Part shown: positions 10,129 to 19,185 of the stretch, in pieces
Position numbering within the stretch: position 1 is the first letter of the stretch
How the letters are laid out: each line of letters opens with the position of its first letter
DNA from: Ferruginibacter sp.
GTDB lineage: Bacteria; Bacteroidota; Bacteroidia; Chitinophagales; Chitinophagaceae
DNA length: 64,000 nucleotides
Direction: 5' to 3'
Assembly (NCBI GenBank): GCA_025352625.1
Contig: JANXSR010000134.1
Span: forward strand, 4,754 to 68,753
Translations under genes and position numbers: made by a program
Notes under the pieces: generated by a model
Told to the model about the DNA's origin: nothing
Seen by the model: the letters and a program-made list of their open reading frames with translations, nothing else
Database searches by the model: none

Positions 10129-10472
10129 TATGGTTCTGAGTTTTCAAAATTATCAATAGTAGCAAAACTGGTTGAATATTCATCTTCATCAGAAACAGAA
10201 TTTATAGAACGTTCTGTAGCACTATTAATTGATGAAGATTTATTCAACAATAAAACGGAAATATTTGCGGTAAGTATTAAACATAGTCCCAAAATCAACA
10301 CAGCCGGCCTGCTGATAAATACAGCCACACCCTCCCAAAAATTTTTTACCTGGATATTGAGTCGTGTATTAATACGAGTAAACAGGTATGGTTTTGGTGA
10401 AGCCCTTTTTATTTCGCTAATGCTATTTAACGCTTCTTCAATTTGCCGGTCTATATTTTCATCGTTTGTCAT
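10128..10472 (-). CDS. Putative anti-sigma factor (single-pass membrane protein)
   Basis: 114 aa with one central TM (AVLILGLCLILTANISVLLL). It sits 6 nt downstream of the ECF sigma gene, the usual anti-sigma position. Confidence 0.5.
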   Translation of the reverse strand: MTNDENIDRQIEEALNSISEIKRASPKPYLFTRINTRLNIQVKNFWEGVAVFISRPAVLILGLCLILTANISVLLLNKSSSINSATERSINSVSDEDEYSTSFATIDNFENSEP

Positions 10473-10478
10473 TGCTTT

Positions 10479-11063
10479 TTATTTAGCTGATTGTAATAAA
10501 TAATAGTTTTTTAATTTTTTCTTTAAACTTGTTTTTGCCCTTGCCAATAATGATTCTACTGCATAAAAAGAAGTATTCATAATGGCCGCTATCTCCTGGT
10601 TATTCAATCCTTCTATTTTGCTTAATGTAAAAGCAATCCGTTGATTGTTGGGTATTTGCTGCAATGCTTTAAATAACTCGCCTGCCTTTTCTTTATTCTC
10701 CAACAACACTCCCGGATGATTAAATTCTACCGGATGATGTTGTTCTTCTTCTTTTTCACCAAACAAATTTTGTACAAATGCAAAACGTTTTTTTCGTTTC
10801 CTTCTTTTTTCAAAATCTAACGATTTTGTTATTGTTATTCGATAGAGCCAGGTAGAAAATTTTGAATCTCCTTTAAACAATTTTACACTTTGGTGCACCT
10901 GCACAAAAACTTCCTGTGTTATGTCTTCTGCATCGGCTTCATTTTGCACAATGCTAAGGACTGTATTGTACACCATCTCCTGGTATAAACCCACAACTCG
11001 TCTAAAAGCTTCCTGCTCTCCACGTTGTAATTGCTCTATTAACTCCACTTCAGATTGGTTCAA
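10479..11063 (-). CDS. ECF-type RNA polymerase sigma-70 family factor
   Basis: 194 aa. Region 2 (EDITQEVFVQVH, FSTWLYRI) and a region 4 HTH (NQEIAAIMNTSFYAVESLLARA). Confidence 0.9.
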   Translation of the reverse strand: MNQSEVELIEQLQRGEQEAFRRVVGLYQEMVYNTVLSIVQNEADAEDITQEVFVQVHQSVKLFKGDSKFSTWLYRITITKSLDFEKRRKRKKRFAFVQNLFGEKEEEQHHPVEFNHPGVLLENKEKAGELFKALQQIPNNQRIAFTLSKIEGLNNQEIAAIMNTSFYAVESLLARAKTSLKKKLKNYYLLQSAK

Positions 11064-11097
11064 GACTTTCCATTTTTAAAATCCAATCTAAAAATAA

Positions 11098-13959
11098 TTA
11101 AAAGGATGGATTTCTACCATCCATACCAGGGCCATTCATTCCTTCTCTGCCTTTGAAATTACTGTTTGCAGGTTTTGCAGCAACACCAAAGTTTTTAAGA
11201 TTATAAGTAAATGTTAGCATAAAATATTGTTGTAATACCTGGCTTTGAACATCTTCTATATAGGCTCCCGTAACCGTTCTCACAATGCTTTGATTCTGTT
11301 TCAATAAATCAAATACAGATAACTTTAATTCCCCTGCCTGACGCTTCAGAAACTTTTTTCCGATGGCTGCATTCCACAACCAAAAGTGTTGATTTAGCCC
11401 TGCTGATAAGCCCGTATATGACTGGCCAGTAAGATCATTTTTTATAAACCACCCTTTTTTATCTAATAAATTCAATTGCACTCCGGCAATTTGATTAACA
11501 TATTTATTACTGGAACTGGTAGTTGATATAGTTGTGGCATTATTAAAATTAGCGTTGTATGAAACATTAAAATCTACATACTCACTGATATTACTTGCCA
11601 AAACTACGCCTGCATTGTAGGTATAATTATTAGTAATGGTTGTAGTGTAATTTACTAACCCTGGAAGTTTGGCGTACGTAAATCCTGCATTTAAATTTAC
11701 CACTGTTTTTAATGATTTAACCGGCATACTATAAGTAAAAAAAGTACGCAGGCTTTTATAACCATCAAGGTTTACAGGCTTGGTAAGTTGCGAACCTTTT
11801 TTTAATACAATGCCTTGTTGTATGATTGAATCATTTTGTGCAATATAAATAGCATTAGAAATATAATCAGCAGCAGTTTGCAAAAATAAATTGGCAAAAA
11901 AACTTTTACTTGTTTTTGAATTGGTATAAGAATACCTTGCAGAAACCAGGTTTGTGTAAGATTGTTTCAGCTCGGGATTGCCACTGCTAACCCTTAGTGG
12001 ATTAGATAAGTTTACTACATCCTGCAATTGATTGACAGAGGGAAAATTAGTAGATGCCCTGTAAAACAAACGAATGTTACTAGTGGCAGAAAACTTTTTA
12101 CGCCATTGCGCATTCGGTAAAACACTAAAAAAAGATTGGTTAACTGATGATGCAACAGGAAAAATCCGCTGGCTCTCCAATTTGGCATTTTGAATATTGG
12201 CACCAAACGATAATTGCTCATCCCTACTTTTTGAATAACGATAATTAATACCTGCATTATTGGTGGTGACCGTATTATCAAATTTGTTGGAAAGCGTAGA
12301 ATCAAACATGGAATATTTTTGTCCGTCGTATGAAAACGCCTCCTGGTTGGCTTTATTTTTTTGTATGGAAGGATTATAGTCTATTTGAATTTGTGCCTTT
12401 TTGCCCATCGGTTCAGTGTACGCAATACTTCCGCCTATTGTGTGACCATTGGTTGTATTATCATACAGTTGTTGCTGTAATGAATCTGTTACAAAACCAT
12501 TTTTAAAAAAGCGGTATTCAGCATCCGTAATACTGGTGCCGTCATTTTTTGTAAAAGTTGTATTTAAGCCTACAGAAATTGTGCGGCCTCTTTTTGCAAA
12601 CGAATGGCGATACATCACATTATTCCTGATATTATACCCTTGCCTCTCAGATGTATTCCTGTTTAAAGAAGTATTTACAGAATCGTTGGTGCCATAAAAG
12701 TTTTGCAATGCAGCTGATGTAGTAGAATTGTTATTTTGAAAATTAATGCTTGGTATTATAAAAATAGAATTAGATGAATCTATTTTATATTCCAGGCGAA
12801 GGTTAATGCGATGATTTGTATTGCCTGTTAGTGTATTACTTTTTTGAGTACTAAAAAGATTTTTAGGTATAGAAAATGTTTCTGTATTTATAACCGATTC
12901 ATTGTTGTTATGACTGTTGTTAAAAAAGTAACTACCTGTGATAGTGAGTTTTTTACCAAGCTGGTTGCTGTAGTTTATACCAAAAGCATTTGTTTTACTA
13001 ATGCCGCTTGCCTGGCCAACCGTAAAGTTATCGGTATTGCCTCCACCGCCCCTGCCTCCGCCGCCACGATTACCACCAGTATTGCTGCTAACACCCAACA
13101 AATCCTGCGAGCCAAAATTTTGTTGATTGATGTTGTTAAAATTTCCAACTAGAGAAATACGCCTGTTGCCATTAAAAAAACTAATATTTCCCCCAGCCGC
13201 ATAACGGTCGTCTGTTCCATAACCTGCGTAGGCCCTGCCAAACTGGCTATTTTTAATTCCCGATTTAGTTGTAATGTTCATTGCTTTAACAGAATTACCA
13301 TCATCAAAACCTGTAAGCTGGGCCTGATCGCTTAGTTTATCAAAAACCTGTATTTTATCAACCACTTCCGACGGTAAGTTTTTTAATGCGGCTGATGCGT
13401 CATCCCCAAAAAAATCTTTTCCGTCAATGGTTATTTTTTTTACCTGTTCCCCTTGTGCTGTTACTGTTCCATCCTTAGCCACAGTAATTCCTGGCATCTT
13501 TTTAACCAGGTCTTCGGTGGTTGCATCGGGGTTAACTTTGTATTGATTGGCACTAAATTGAGTAGTATCGCCTTTTTGTGTTACCGGTGGGGCTGTTGAA
13601 ATAATGGTTACATCGGCCAGATCTTTTCCTTGTTTTGTAAAGCTAAGTAATCCCATATCCTTAATGCTATCGTTAAGCATGACGGGTCTTTTTAAATTTT
13701 GATACCCGATAGAACTTATCTCAAAAAAATAACTACCGGCAGCAATGCCTGTTAATTCAAACCCACCTGATACATTAGTTAGTGTTGTTAGTATATTTTT
13801 TTTTGCAGAGTCATTTTGCAAGTAAATAGATACAGTAGCGCCAGTTACCGGTATCCTTTCTTTACTATCTGTAACTATACCTTTAATTCCTGCATTTTGC
13901 GCAGAGGTTATTATTACAGCAAAATTAAAAAGCAGGAGGAATCCTGAAAATTTTAGCAT
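11098..13959 (-). CDS. Outer-membrane beta-barrel protein with N-terminal carboxypeptidase-regulatory-like domain (TonB-dependent-receptor-like)
   Basis: 953 aa. Signal peptide, CarboxypepD_reg-like start (GIKGIVTDSKERIPVTGATVSI), a plug-like segment, a long alternating beta-strand region and a C-terminal Phe. It carries a Gly-rich insert, GGNRGGGGRGGGGN. Confidence 0.85.
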   Translation of the reverse strand: MLKFSGFLLLFNFAVIITSAQNAGIKGIVTDSKERIPVTGATVSIYLQNDSAKKNILTTLTNVSGGFELTGIAAGSYFFEISSIGYQNLKRPVMLNDSIKDMGLLSFTKQGKDLADVTIISTAPPVTQKGDTTQFSANQYKVNPDATTEDLVKKMPGITVAKDGTVTAQGEQVKKITIDGKDFFGDDASAALKNLPSEVVDKIQVFDKLSDQAQLTGFDDGNSVKAMNITTKSGIKNSQFGRAYAGYGTDDRYAAGGNISFFNGNRRISLVGNFNNINQQNFGSQDLLGVSSNTGGNRGGGGRGGGGNTDNFTVGQASGISKTNAFGINYSNQLGKKLTITGSYFFNNSHNNNESVINTETFSIPKNLFSTQKSNTLTGNTNHRINLRLEYKIDSSNSIFIIPSINFQNNNSTTSAALQNFYGTNDSVNTSLNRNTSERQGYNIRNNVMYRHSFAKRGRTISVGLNTTFTKNDGTSITDAEYRFFKNGFVTDSLQQQLYDNTTNGHTIGGSIAYTEPMGKKAQIQIDYNPSIQKNKANQEAFSYDGQKYSMFDSTLSNKFDNTVTTNNAGINYRYSKSRDEQLSFGANIQNAKLESQRIFPVASSVNQSFFSVLPNAQWRKKFSATSNIRLFYRASTNFPSVNQLQDVVNLSNPLRVSSGNPELKQSYTNLVSARYSYTNSKTSKSFFANLFLQTAADYISNAIYIAQNDSIIQQGIVLKKGSQLTKPVNLDGYKSLRTFFTYSMPVKSLKTVVNLNAGFTYAKLPGLVNYTTTITNNYTYNAGVVLASNISEYVDFNVSYNANFNNATTISTTSSSNKYVNQIAGVQLNLLDKKGWFIKNDLTGQSYTGLSAGLNQHFWLWNAAIGKKFLKRQAGELKLSVFDLLKQNQSIVRTVTGAYIEDVQSQVLQQYFMLTFTYNLKNFGVAAKPANSNFKGREGMNGPGMDGRNPSF

Positions 13960-13978
13960 GGGGGGATATTTTCCTCAA

Positions 13979-14008
13979 TAAGACGACATAAGGAAAAAAA
14001 TCAGGCGA
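13979..14008 (-). promoter_or_regulatory. Candidate ECF-sigma-dependent promoter (copy B, in front of the OMP-sigma operon)
   Basis: The minus strand reads TCGCCTGATTTTTTTCCTTATGTCGTCTTA, ending 19 nt upstream of the ATG at 13959. It aligns with copy A without gaps. Confidence 0.45.
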
Positions 14009-14192
14009 AAATTTTAACTTTTATTTTTAAATGATATAAAACCAAAAAATGGCTCCATCTACATCTGTAAAAATGGCTTTAAATACAAGTTCAAAGGAAA
14101 TACGTTTCTTTTCTATTGATAATTCCGTTGTGCAAATCAAAAACTTTAGCCATCTTTTTTAATTAACAAGTGCGCTAATGAACACAGTAGTT

Positions 14193-14200
14193 TATCTTTG
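14193..14200 (+). promoter_or_regulatory. Bacteroidota -7 promoter box TAnnTTTG
   Basis: Exact TATCTTTG, 21 nt upstream of the ATG at 14222. This argues against the longer TTG/ATG starts at 14198/14201. Confidence 0.4.
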
Positions 14201-14221
14201 ATGCCTAAAAAAAATACAGTT

Positions 14222-14734
14222 ATGGATTATAACAGACTCGTTTCAGTAACCGGCTTAGGCGGTTTATTCGAATTAATGTCTTCAAAAGCAGATGGTGGTG
14301 TTGTAAAGTCATTGGAAGACAAAAGCACCAAATTTGTGAGCACCCGTTTGCATAATTTTTCGCACCTTGAAAGCATTGAAGTGTTTACAGTAAAAGATAA
14401 CGTGAACTTAGTAGAGGTATTTACTGCCATGCAGGCCAGTACAGAAAAATTACCAGACGCCAAGGCGGATACAAAAGCAATTAAAGCCTATTTTGAAAAA
14501 GTTTACCCGGATATGGATTTTGAAAGGGTGTACAACAGCGATATGAAAAAAATGATCCGGTGGTTTGATTTGTTGAAAACCAATAATGTGGAAATTAAAC
14601 TTTCCGAAAATCCCGAGCAGGATGGTACCGCACACGAAGTAGCCACACCAAAAGCAAAAGCAACAGAAACAAAACAGGTAAGCGTAAAAGCTGCACCACC
14701 TAAAAAGATAAATTCTCCAAGAAAGATGGCCTAA
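14222..14734 (+). CDS. DUF5606-like conserved Bacteroidota protein
   Basis: ORF 14198..14734. The N-terminus MDYNRLVSVTGLGGLFEL resembles the DUF5606 family (from memory). The start was moved to 14222 because the -7 box overlaps the upstream starts. Confidence 0.5.
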   Translation: MDYNRLVSVTGLGGLFELMSSKADGGVVKSLEDKSTKFVSTRLHNFSHLESIEVFTVKDNVNLVEVFTAMQASTEKLPDAKADTKAIKAYFEKVYPDMDFERVYNSDMKKMIRWFDLLKTNNVEIKLSENPEQDGTAHEVATPKAKATETKQVSVKAAPPKKINSPRKMA

Positions 14735-14843
14735 TCAGTGGTCGCTAATCCGCATCAGCGGGTAATAAGACAATATTCAAAAGGCAAATTTCTTTTCGTT
14801 GTAAAAGAAGTTTGCCCTAACATAATCTCCCAAAATAGTTTTC

Positions 14844-16553
14844 ATGTACACCGCAGCTATACAAAAAACTCCCAGGCATTTTGTTCCTGATAATTTTGAA
14901 GTTACCAACTGGCAAAACCTGGAACCATTTTTTAAAGAATTATTGAATAGAAATATTGATACACAGCAAAGATTGGAACAGTGGCTGAAAGACCAGAGTG
15001 AGCTGGAAGCCATGGTTAATGAAGATGCTTGCTGGCGGCAAATAAAAATGACTTGCGATACAGAGAACAAAGTATTGGAAGATGCCTTTAATTTTTTCTG
15101 CATGGAAATTCAGCCAAACATTGAACCATACAGTGACGCATTGAATAAAAAACTCCTCAATCATCCACTGGCAGCAGGTTTAGACAATAAAAAATATTTT
15201 ACTTATTTGCGCAGCTTACGCAAAAGCATTGAGTTATTTAGGGCAGAAAATATTCCGTTGCAGGCTGAATTATCTGTAATGCAACAACAGTACGGTGTAA
15301 TTACCGGTAAGATGACGGTTTCAATTAATGGACAGGAATACACACTTCAACAGGCATCAAAATTCCTGGAAAGCAATGACAGAAATTTAAGAGAAGAAGC
15401 CTATAGAAAAATTCAGGAGAGAAGATTGGAAGACAAAACATCGCTGAGTGAATTATATAACCAGTTAATTCAAAAACGCAACCAGCAAGCAATCAACGCA
15501 GGTTTTTCCAATTATCGTGATTTTCGATTTAAAGAATTAGGAAGATTTGATTATACTAAAGAAGACTGTTTTGCTTTTCATGAGGCGGTGAAACAACATG
15601 TATTACCATTGGTAAATATCATTTATAAAAAGAAAAAAGAAAAATTGGGCCTTGCTGTTTTACGTCCCTGGGATTTGGATGCTGAGCCAGAAGGAACTTG
15701 TCCGCTCAGGCCTTTTAAAACAAGCGAAGAATTGATCAATAAAACAATTGAATGCTTTACAAAACTGCAGCCTTTCTTTGGCGATTGCCTCAAAAAAATG
15801 CAGGAACTAAAGCACCTCGATCTTGACAGCAGAAAAGGAAAAGCTCCGGGCGGCTATAACTGCCCGCTTGCCGAAAGTGGTGCTCCTTTTATTTTTATGA
15901 ATGCATCAGGGCAAATGAATGATGTAACAACCATGGTTCATGAGGGTGGCCATGCGGTTCATTCATTTTTAGCACATCCATTGGAATTGTCGGGCTTTAA
16001 GGAATATCCAATGGAAATTGCTGAGGTGGCAAGTATGGCTATGGAACTTTTTAGTATGGATCATTGGGAAGTATTTTTCAGCAATAAAGAAGAACTCACA
16101 AGAGCCAAGGAACACCAGTTGGAAAGAGTAATAACTATTTTTCCATGGATTGCGGTTATTGATAAATTTCAACATTGGGTATACGAAAATCCACAACATA
16201 CTACAGCAGAAAGAATTAATAACTGGAATGCAATTTTGCTGGAATTTCAGGACAGTGTAATTGATTACAGCGGCCTTGAAAATTATCGCAGTAATATGTG
16301 GCAACGCCAACTGCATTTATTTGAAGTGCCTTTTTATTATATCGAATACGGCATTGCACAGTTAGGTGCTATCGGTATGTGGATGCAATTTAAAAACGAC
16401 AAGCAGAAAGCATTGGATAATTATTGTACTGCTTTAAGTTTGGGTGCCACTCTAACTTTGCCGGATCTATATAAAACTGCCGGATTGAAATTTGATTTTT
16501 CACCAGAACAAATAAAAGTGTTGATGGCGTTTGTAAAAGAGCAGATGGGATAG
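14844..16553 (+). CDS. M3-family oligoendopeptidase (PepF-like)
   Basis: 569 aa. Zinc motif HEGGHAVH and overall M3 thimet/oligoendopeptidase F layout. Confidence 0.9.
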   Translation: MYTAAIQKTPRHFVPDNFEVTNWQNLEPFFKELLNRNIDTQQRLEQWLKDQSELEAMVNEDACWRQIKMTCDTENKVLEDAFNFFCMEIQPNIEPYSDALNKKLLNHPLAAGLDNKKYFTYLRSLRKSIELFRAENIPLQAELSVMQQQYGVITGKMTVSINGQEYTLQQASKFLESNDRNLREEAYRKIQERRLEDKTSLSELYNQLIQKRNQQAINAGFSNYRDFRFKELGRFDYTKEDCFAFHEAVKQHVLPLVNIIYKKKKEKLGLAVLRPWDLDAEPEGTCPLRPFKTSEELINKTIECFTKLQPFFGDCLKKMQELKHLDLDSRKGKAPGGYNCPLAESGAPFIFMNASGQMNDVTTMVHEGGHAVHSFLAHPLELSGFKEYPMEIAEVASMAMELFSMDHWEVFFSNKEELTRAKEHQLERVITIFPWIAVIDKFQHWVYENPQHTTAERINNWNAILLEFQDSVIDYSGLENYRSNMWQRQLHLFEVPFYYIEYGIAQLGAIGMWMQFKNDKQKALDNYCTALSLGATLTLPDLYKTAGLKFDFSPEQIKVLMAFVKEQMG

Positions 16554-16609
16554 TATTGCTTAGCCTAAAAGTTTAATTCATTCAGATGATGGGTTCACGA
16601 TTCACTAGT

Positions 16610-17023
16610 TTACTGGCAATCGTCGCAAATGCCATTTACCACCATCGCAGCATTTTTTGGTTTGAACCCTTTTGGTAATTTTACAATTGGCACAGTTACT
16701 TCATCCAGGCAAATAGTTTTATTGCAATCTTCGCAAACAAAATGTACATGGTCATCATGATGATGGCCGGCTTCGCAATTGTCTTTACAAAGTGCGTATA
16801 AAATAGAGTTATCTGTGGTAGGGATAACATGAATAATTCCTTTATCAACAAAGGTTTGAAGCGTTCGGTACACAGTTACACGATCGAAATTTTCACCCGT
16901 ATTTTTTTCAATATCAGCATGTGCAAGGGCCCCGTTGGTATGTAAAAAAAGTTCCAATATTTTTTTACGACCATCGGTTACACTAAGTTGATTCTTTTTT
17001 AAAATGTCGAGTAGTTCTTCCAT
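16610..17023 (-). CDS. Fur-family metal-responsive transcriptional regulator
   Basis: 137 aa. Winged-helix N-terminus (RVTVYRTLQTFVDKGIIH), a His cluster (HHHDDHVHF) and two CxxC pairs (CEDC, CDDC). Confidence 0.85.
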   Translation of the reverse strand: MEELLDILKKNQLSVTDGRKKILELFLHTNGALAHADIEKNTGENFDRVTVYRTLQTFVDKGIIHVIPTTDNSILYALCKDNCEAGHHHDDHVHFVCEDCNKTICLDEVTVPIVKLPKGFKPKNAAMVVNGICDDCQ

Positions 17024-17077
17024 TGTATTGTAAGTTTAAACTTTTCTATGCTGATTTTTCAGCGTCATTTACAACCA

Positions 17078-17794
17078 TCAATATCCCTTTAATGCCCTGT
17101 TCTGGTGCTTTTCTTTTAACAGCCCTTCTATATCTTTTAATAATTTTTCCATTTCATCTTCCTTCAATCCATCATAAATCCCCCTCACATTAGTCTGTTT
17201 ATCAACCAAGGCAAATAATTGAGTATGTATAAATTGGTCTGCAATATTTTGAGATGAATCTGGTTTGTTGTTGTCGATTAAATAGCCATTACGTGCAATA
17301 TCGTACAAGGCAGTTTTACTACCGGTAACAAAAAGCCAATTAGGATTGTCCGGTGCTTTTTTACTGCCTGTTGCTGTATCGTAATTTATTTTAAAAGAAC
17401 CGTCCACATTCGTTTCCAATTTACCATTCAGCATTTTGGCTTCATATTTTTTTAATAGTGGTACCGAATCTGTTTCAGGCATACAGGTATGCGAAATAAT
17501 CATAAAGTTGCTATCAGTTTTATAAGCATCATATACCCTGCGCATATTAGCATTCATCTTTGGGCAAATGCCTTTACAGGTGGTAAAGAAAAACTCAGCA
17601 ACATACACTTTACCATCTACATCTTTTTCAGTAATTGTTTTACTATTTTGATTGGTAAATGAAAAAGGCTGCACATTATTATTGATTATTGGCAGGCTGG
17701 ACCGGGAAATATCCGTTTGACTAAATACATAAATAAAATATCCTCCAAAAAGCAAAATAAAGAATCCTACATACCAAAGCCATTTTTTATTCAT
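17078..17794 (-). CDS. SCO1/SenC-family thioredoxin-fold copper chaperone
   Basis: ORF 17078..17827 starts at TTG. The ATG at 17794 (MNKKWLWYVGFFILLF membrane anchor) was chosen. CxxxCP motif present (TTCKGICP). Confidence 0.85.
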   Translation of the reverse strand: MNKKWLWYVGFFILLFGGYFIYVFSQTDISRSSLPIINNNVQPFSFTNQNSKTITEKDVDGKVYVAEFFFTTCKGICPKMNANMRRVYDAYKTDSNFMIISHTCMPETDSVPLLKKYEAKMLNGKLETNVDGSFKINYDTATGSKKAPDNPNWLFVTGSKTALYDIARNGYLIDNNKPDSSQNIADQFIHTQLFALVDKQTNVRGIYDGLKEDEMEKLLKDIEGLLKEKHQNRALKGY

Positions 17795-17808
17795 CTTGTA
17801 ATTTTTTA

Positions 17809-17816
17809 CAAAGCTA
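17809..17816 (-). promoter_or_regulatory. Bacteroidota -7 promoter box (minus strand TAGCTTTG) for the SCO-Fur operon
   Basis: The plus strand reads CAAAGCTA, which is TAnnTTTG on the minus strand. It lies 14 nt upstream of the ATG at 17794. Confidence 0.35.
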
Positions 17817-17872
17817 CAGCCAAACAAATTGCTAACGTAAAGCTGTTTACCTCATTTAACAACTATTAAAAC

Positions 17873-17889
17873 TTGCAACGTTATTGCAA
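17873..17889. promoter_or_regulatory. TTGCAA-N5-TTGCAA repeat in the divergent SCO/Fur-MerC promoter region (candidate operator)
   Basis: Two self-complementary TTGCAA hexamers at 17873-17878 and 17884-17889, centres 11 bp apart. They overlap the -33 region of the MerC promoter. Confidence 0.3.
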
Positions 17890-17895
17890 ATATAC

Positions 17896-17903
17896 TATCT
17901 TTG
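17896..17903 (+). promoter_or_regulatory. Bacteroidota -7 promoter box TAnnTTTG for the MerC-like gene
   Basis: Exact TATCTTTG, with a TTG at 17873-17875 about 20 nt upstream (-33-like). The ATG at 17916 follows. Confidence 0.45.
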
Positions 17904-17915
17904 CACACTTCAATT

Positions 17916-18305
17916 ATGAATATAAAAATAAACTGGGATGCGATGGGGATTGGTACATCTATAGCTTGCGCTATTCATTGTGCTGTATTACCAATTATGC
18001 TTAGTTCTTTACCTATTCTGGGTATCAATATTATTCACAATTTATTTTTTGAATGGGGAATGATAGCATTGGCATTTACTGTAGGTTCTTATTCGCTATT
18101 TCATGGATATATTAAGCATCATCGTTCTTTTATTCCTGTTACTATTTTTTCTGTTGGTTTTATTTTTCTTGTTTTAAAACAGTTCTTCCCTCAGTACGAA
18201 TACCTGTTTTTGACAATTGCTGTTGTATTAATTATTTCCGCACATTATTACAATTATCGATTGTGCCATCAAAGCAAATGCTCTTCACCACACCATCAAC
18301 ATTAA
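17916..18305 (+). CDS. MerC-domain membrane protein (metal transport family)
   Basis: ORF 17901..18305 starts at TTG, so the ATG at 17916 was chosen. Four TM segments, an N-terminal CAIHCAVLP motif typical of MerC, and a C-terminal Cys/His tail (CHQSKCSSPHHQH). Confidence 0.7.
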   Translation: MNIKINWDAMGIGTSIACAIHCAVLPIMLSSLPILGINIIHNLFFEWGMIALAFTVGSYSLFHGYIKHHRSFIPVTIFSVGFIFLVLKQFFPQYEYLFLTIAVVLIISAHYYNYRLCHQSKCSSPHHQH

Positions 18306-18374
18306 TGCTCTCGAAAAGGGTGCTTTGTGTAATTGTTCCATATCAGCTACTTTTATACCCTAAAACTTTTTATT

Positions 18375-18803
18375 ATGCAAAGGCTCCTTATAATAGTGTT
18401 AAGTTTATTTTTATCAGCGCAGGTTGTAAATGCACAGTCAAAAGATGAGTTAAGCATTCGTACTATTTTAGCAGCACAAACAAGCGAATGGAATAAGGGC
18501 AACCTTGATTCTTTTATGAAAGGTTATTGGGAGAGTGATTCATTGATGTTTATTGGCAAAAGTGGCATTACTTATGGTTGGCAAAAAGCATTGGACAATT
18601 ACAAAAAGGGCTATCCCGATACTGCCGCGATGGGTAAATTGAATTTTGAATTAATTACAATAAAACGTTTATCTAAAGATTATTTTTTTGTAGTTGGCAA
18701 ATGGCATTTAACAAGAAGTATTGGCAATATTGGCGGTGCATATACGCTACTGTTTCGTAAAATAAAAAACCAATGGGTCATTGTAACCGATCATAGCAGT
18801 TAA
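18375..18803 (+). CDS. Secreted SnoaL/NTF2-like (DUF4440-type) protein
   Basis: ORF 18333..18803. The ATG at 18375 gives a clean signal peptide (MQRLLIIVLSLFLSAQVVNAQ). The body resembles the DUF4440/YybH fold family. Confidence 0.6.
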   Translation: MQRLLIIVLSLFLSAQVVNAQSKDELSIRTILAAQTSEWNKGNLDSFMKGYWESDSLMFIGKSGITYGWQKALDNYKKGYPDTAAMGKLNFELITIKRLSKDYFFVVGKWHLTRSIGNIGGAYTLLFRKIKNQWVIVTDHSS

Positions 18804-18890
18804 TATTTTAATTCCGTAAACTATCACAATAAGGTATGATAAAAACAATAGGTGTAGGGAGATAATTCGACTAATTAATTGTTATCATTT

Positions 18891-19121
18891 TCATTCACCA
18901 ATCTCTTTCCAACCCTTCCACTTCTTTTTTAAATAATAGATAAGGGCTACAAAACTTGCGAGGAACCAACTGTAAAAAATTATATTTCCAATAGAAGGCT
19001 TGTGTTCAAAAAAAGCAAAGCCAAAATAAATACCAACACTCATATTAACCAGTAACCAAACCATTGTCATAGAAATGGTTTGCAATATGCGTACTAAAAA
19101 ATCTCTTACATCTGGCTCCAT
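18891..19121 (-). CDS. Small 2-TM membrane protein (holin-like topology)
   Basis: ORF 18891..19262 overlaps the GH25 gene, so the internal ATG at 19121 (MEPDVRDFL...) was chosen, giving 76 aa. Two hydrophobic segments and a basic C-tail (KKKWKGWKEIGE). Confidence 0.5.
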   Translation of the reverse strand: MEPDVRDFLVRILQTISMTMVWLLVNMSVGIYFGFAFFEHKPSIGNIIFYSWFLASFVALIYYLKKKWKGWKEIGE

Positions 19122-19185
19122 ATTTTTAAAAATCGTTGATAAATAAAGTTCGTGCTTTACTTTGTGATTGAAGGGATTTGTGTAA

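Noticed and set aside
13020-13080. GC-rich repetitive stretch (ccaccgcccctgcctccgccgccacg) considered as a DNA repeat
   Set aside because: It is simply the coding sequence of the Gly-rich GGNRGGGGRGGGGN segment of the outer-membrane protein on the minus strand.
14049-14162. 37-codon plus-strand ORF, plus three AAAA(A/G)ATGGCT strings, in the OMP/DUF5606 intergenic region
   Set aside because: There is no promoter, terminator or conservation evidence. The region is better explained as the divergent promoter space that contains the ECF-type motif.
14777-15164. Minus-strand ORFs overlapping the start of the M3 peptidase gene
   Set aside because: They overlap a well-supported CDS, are Ser/Cys/Leu-rich and have no motifs.
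16554-16609. T-loop-like string gggttcacgattc, checked as a possible tRNA
   Set aside because: No acceptor, D or anticodon stems can be built around it, and the intergenic region is only 56 nt.
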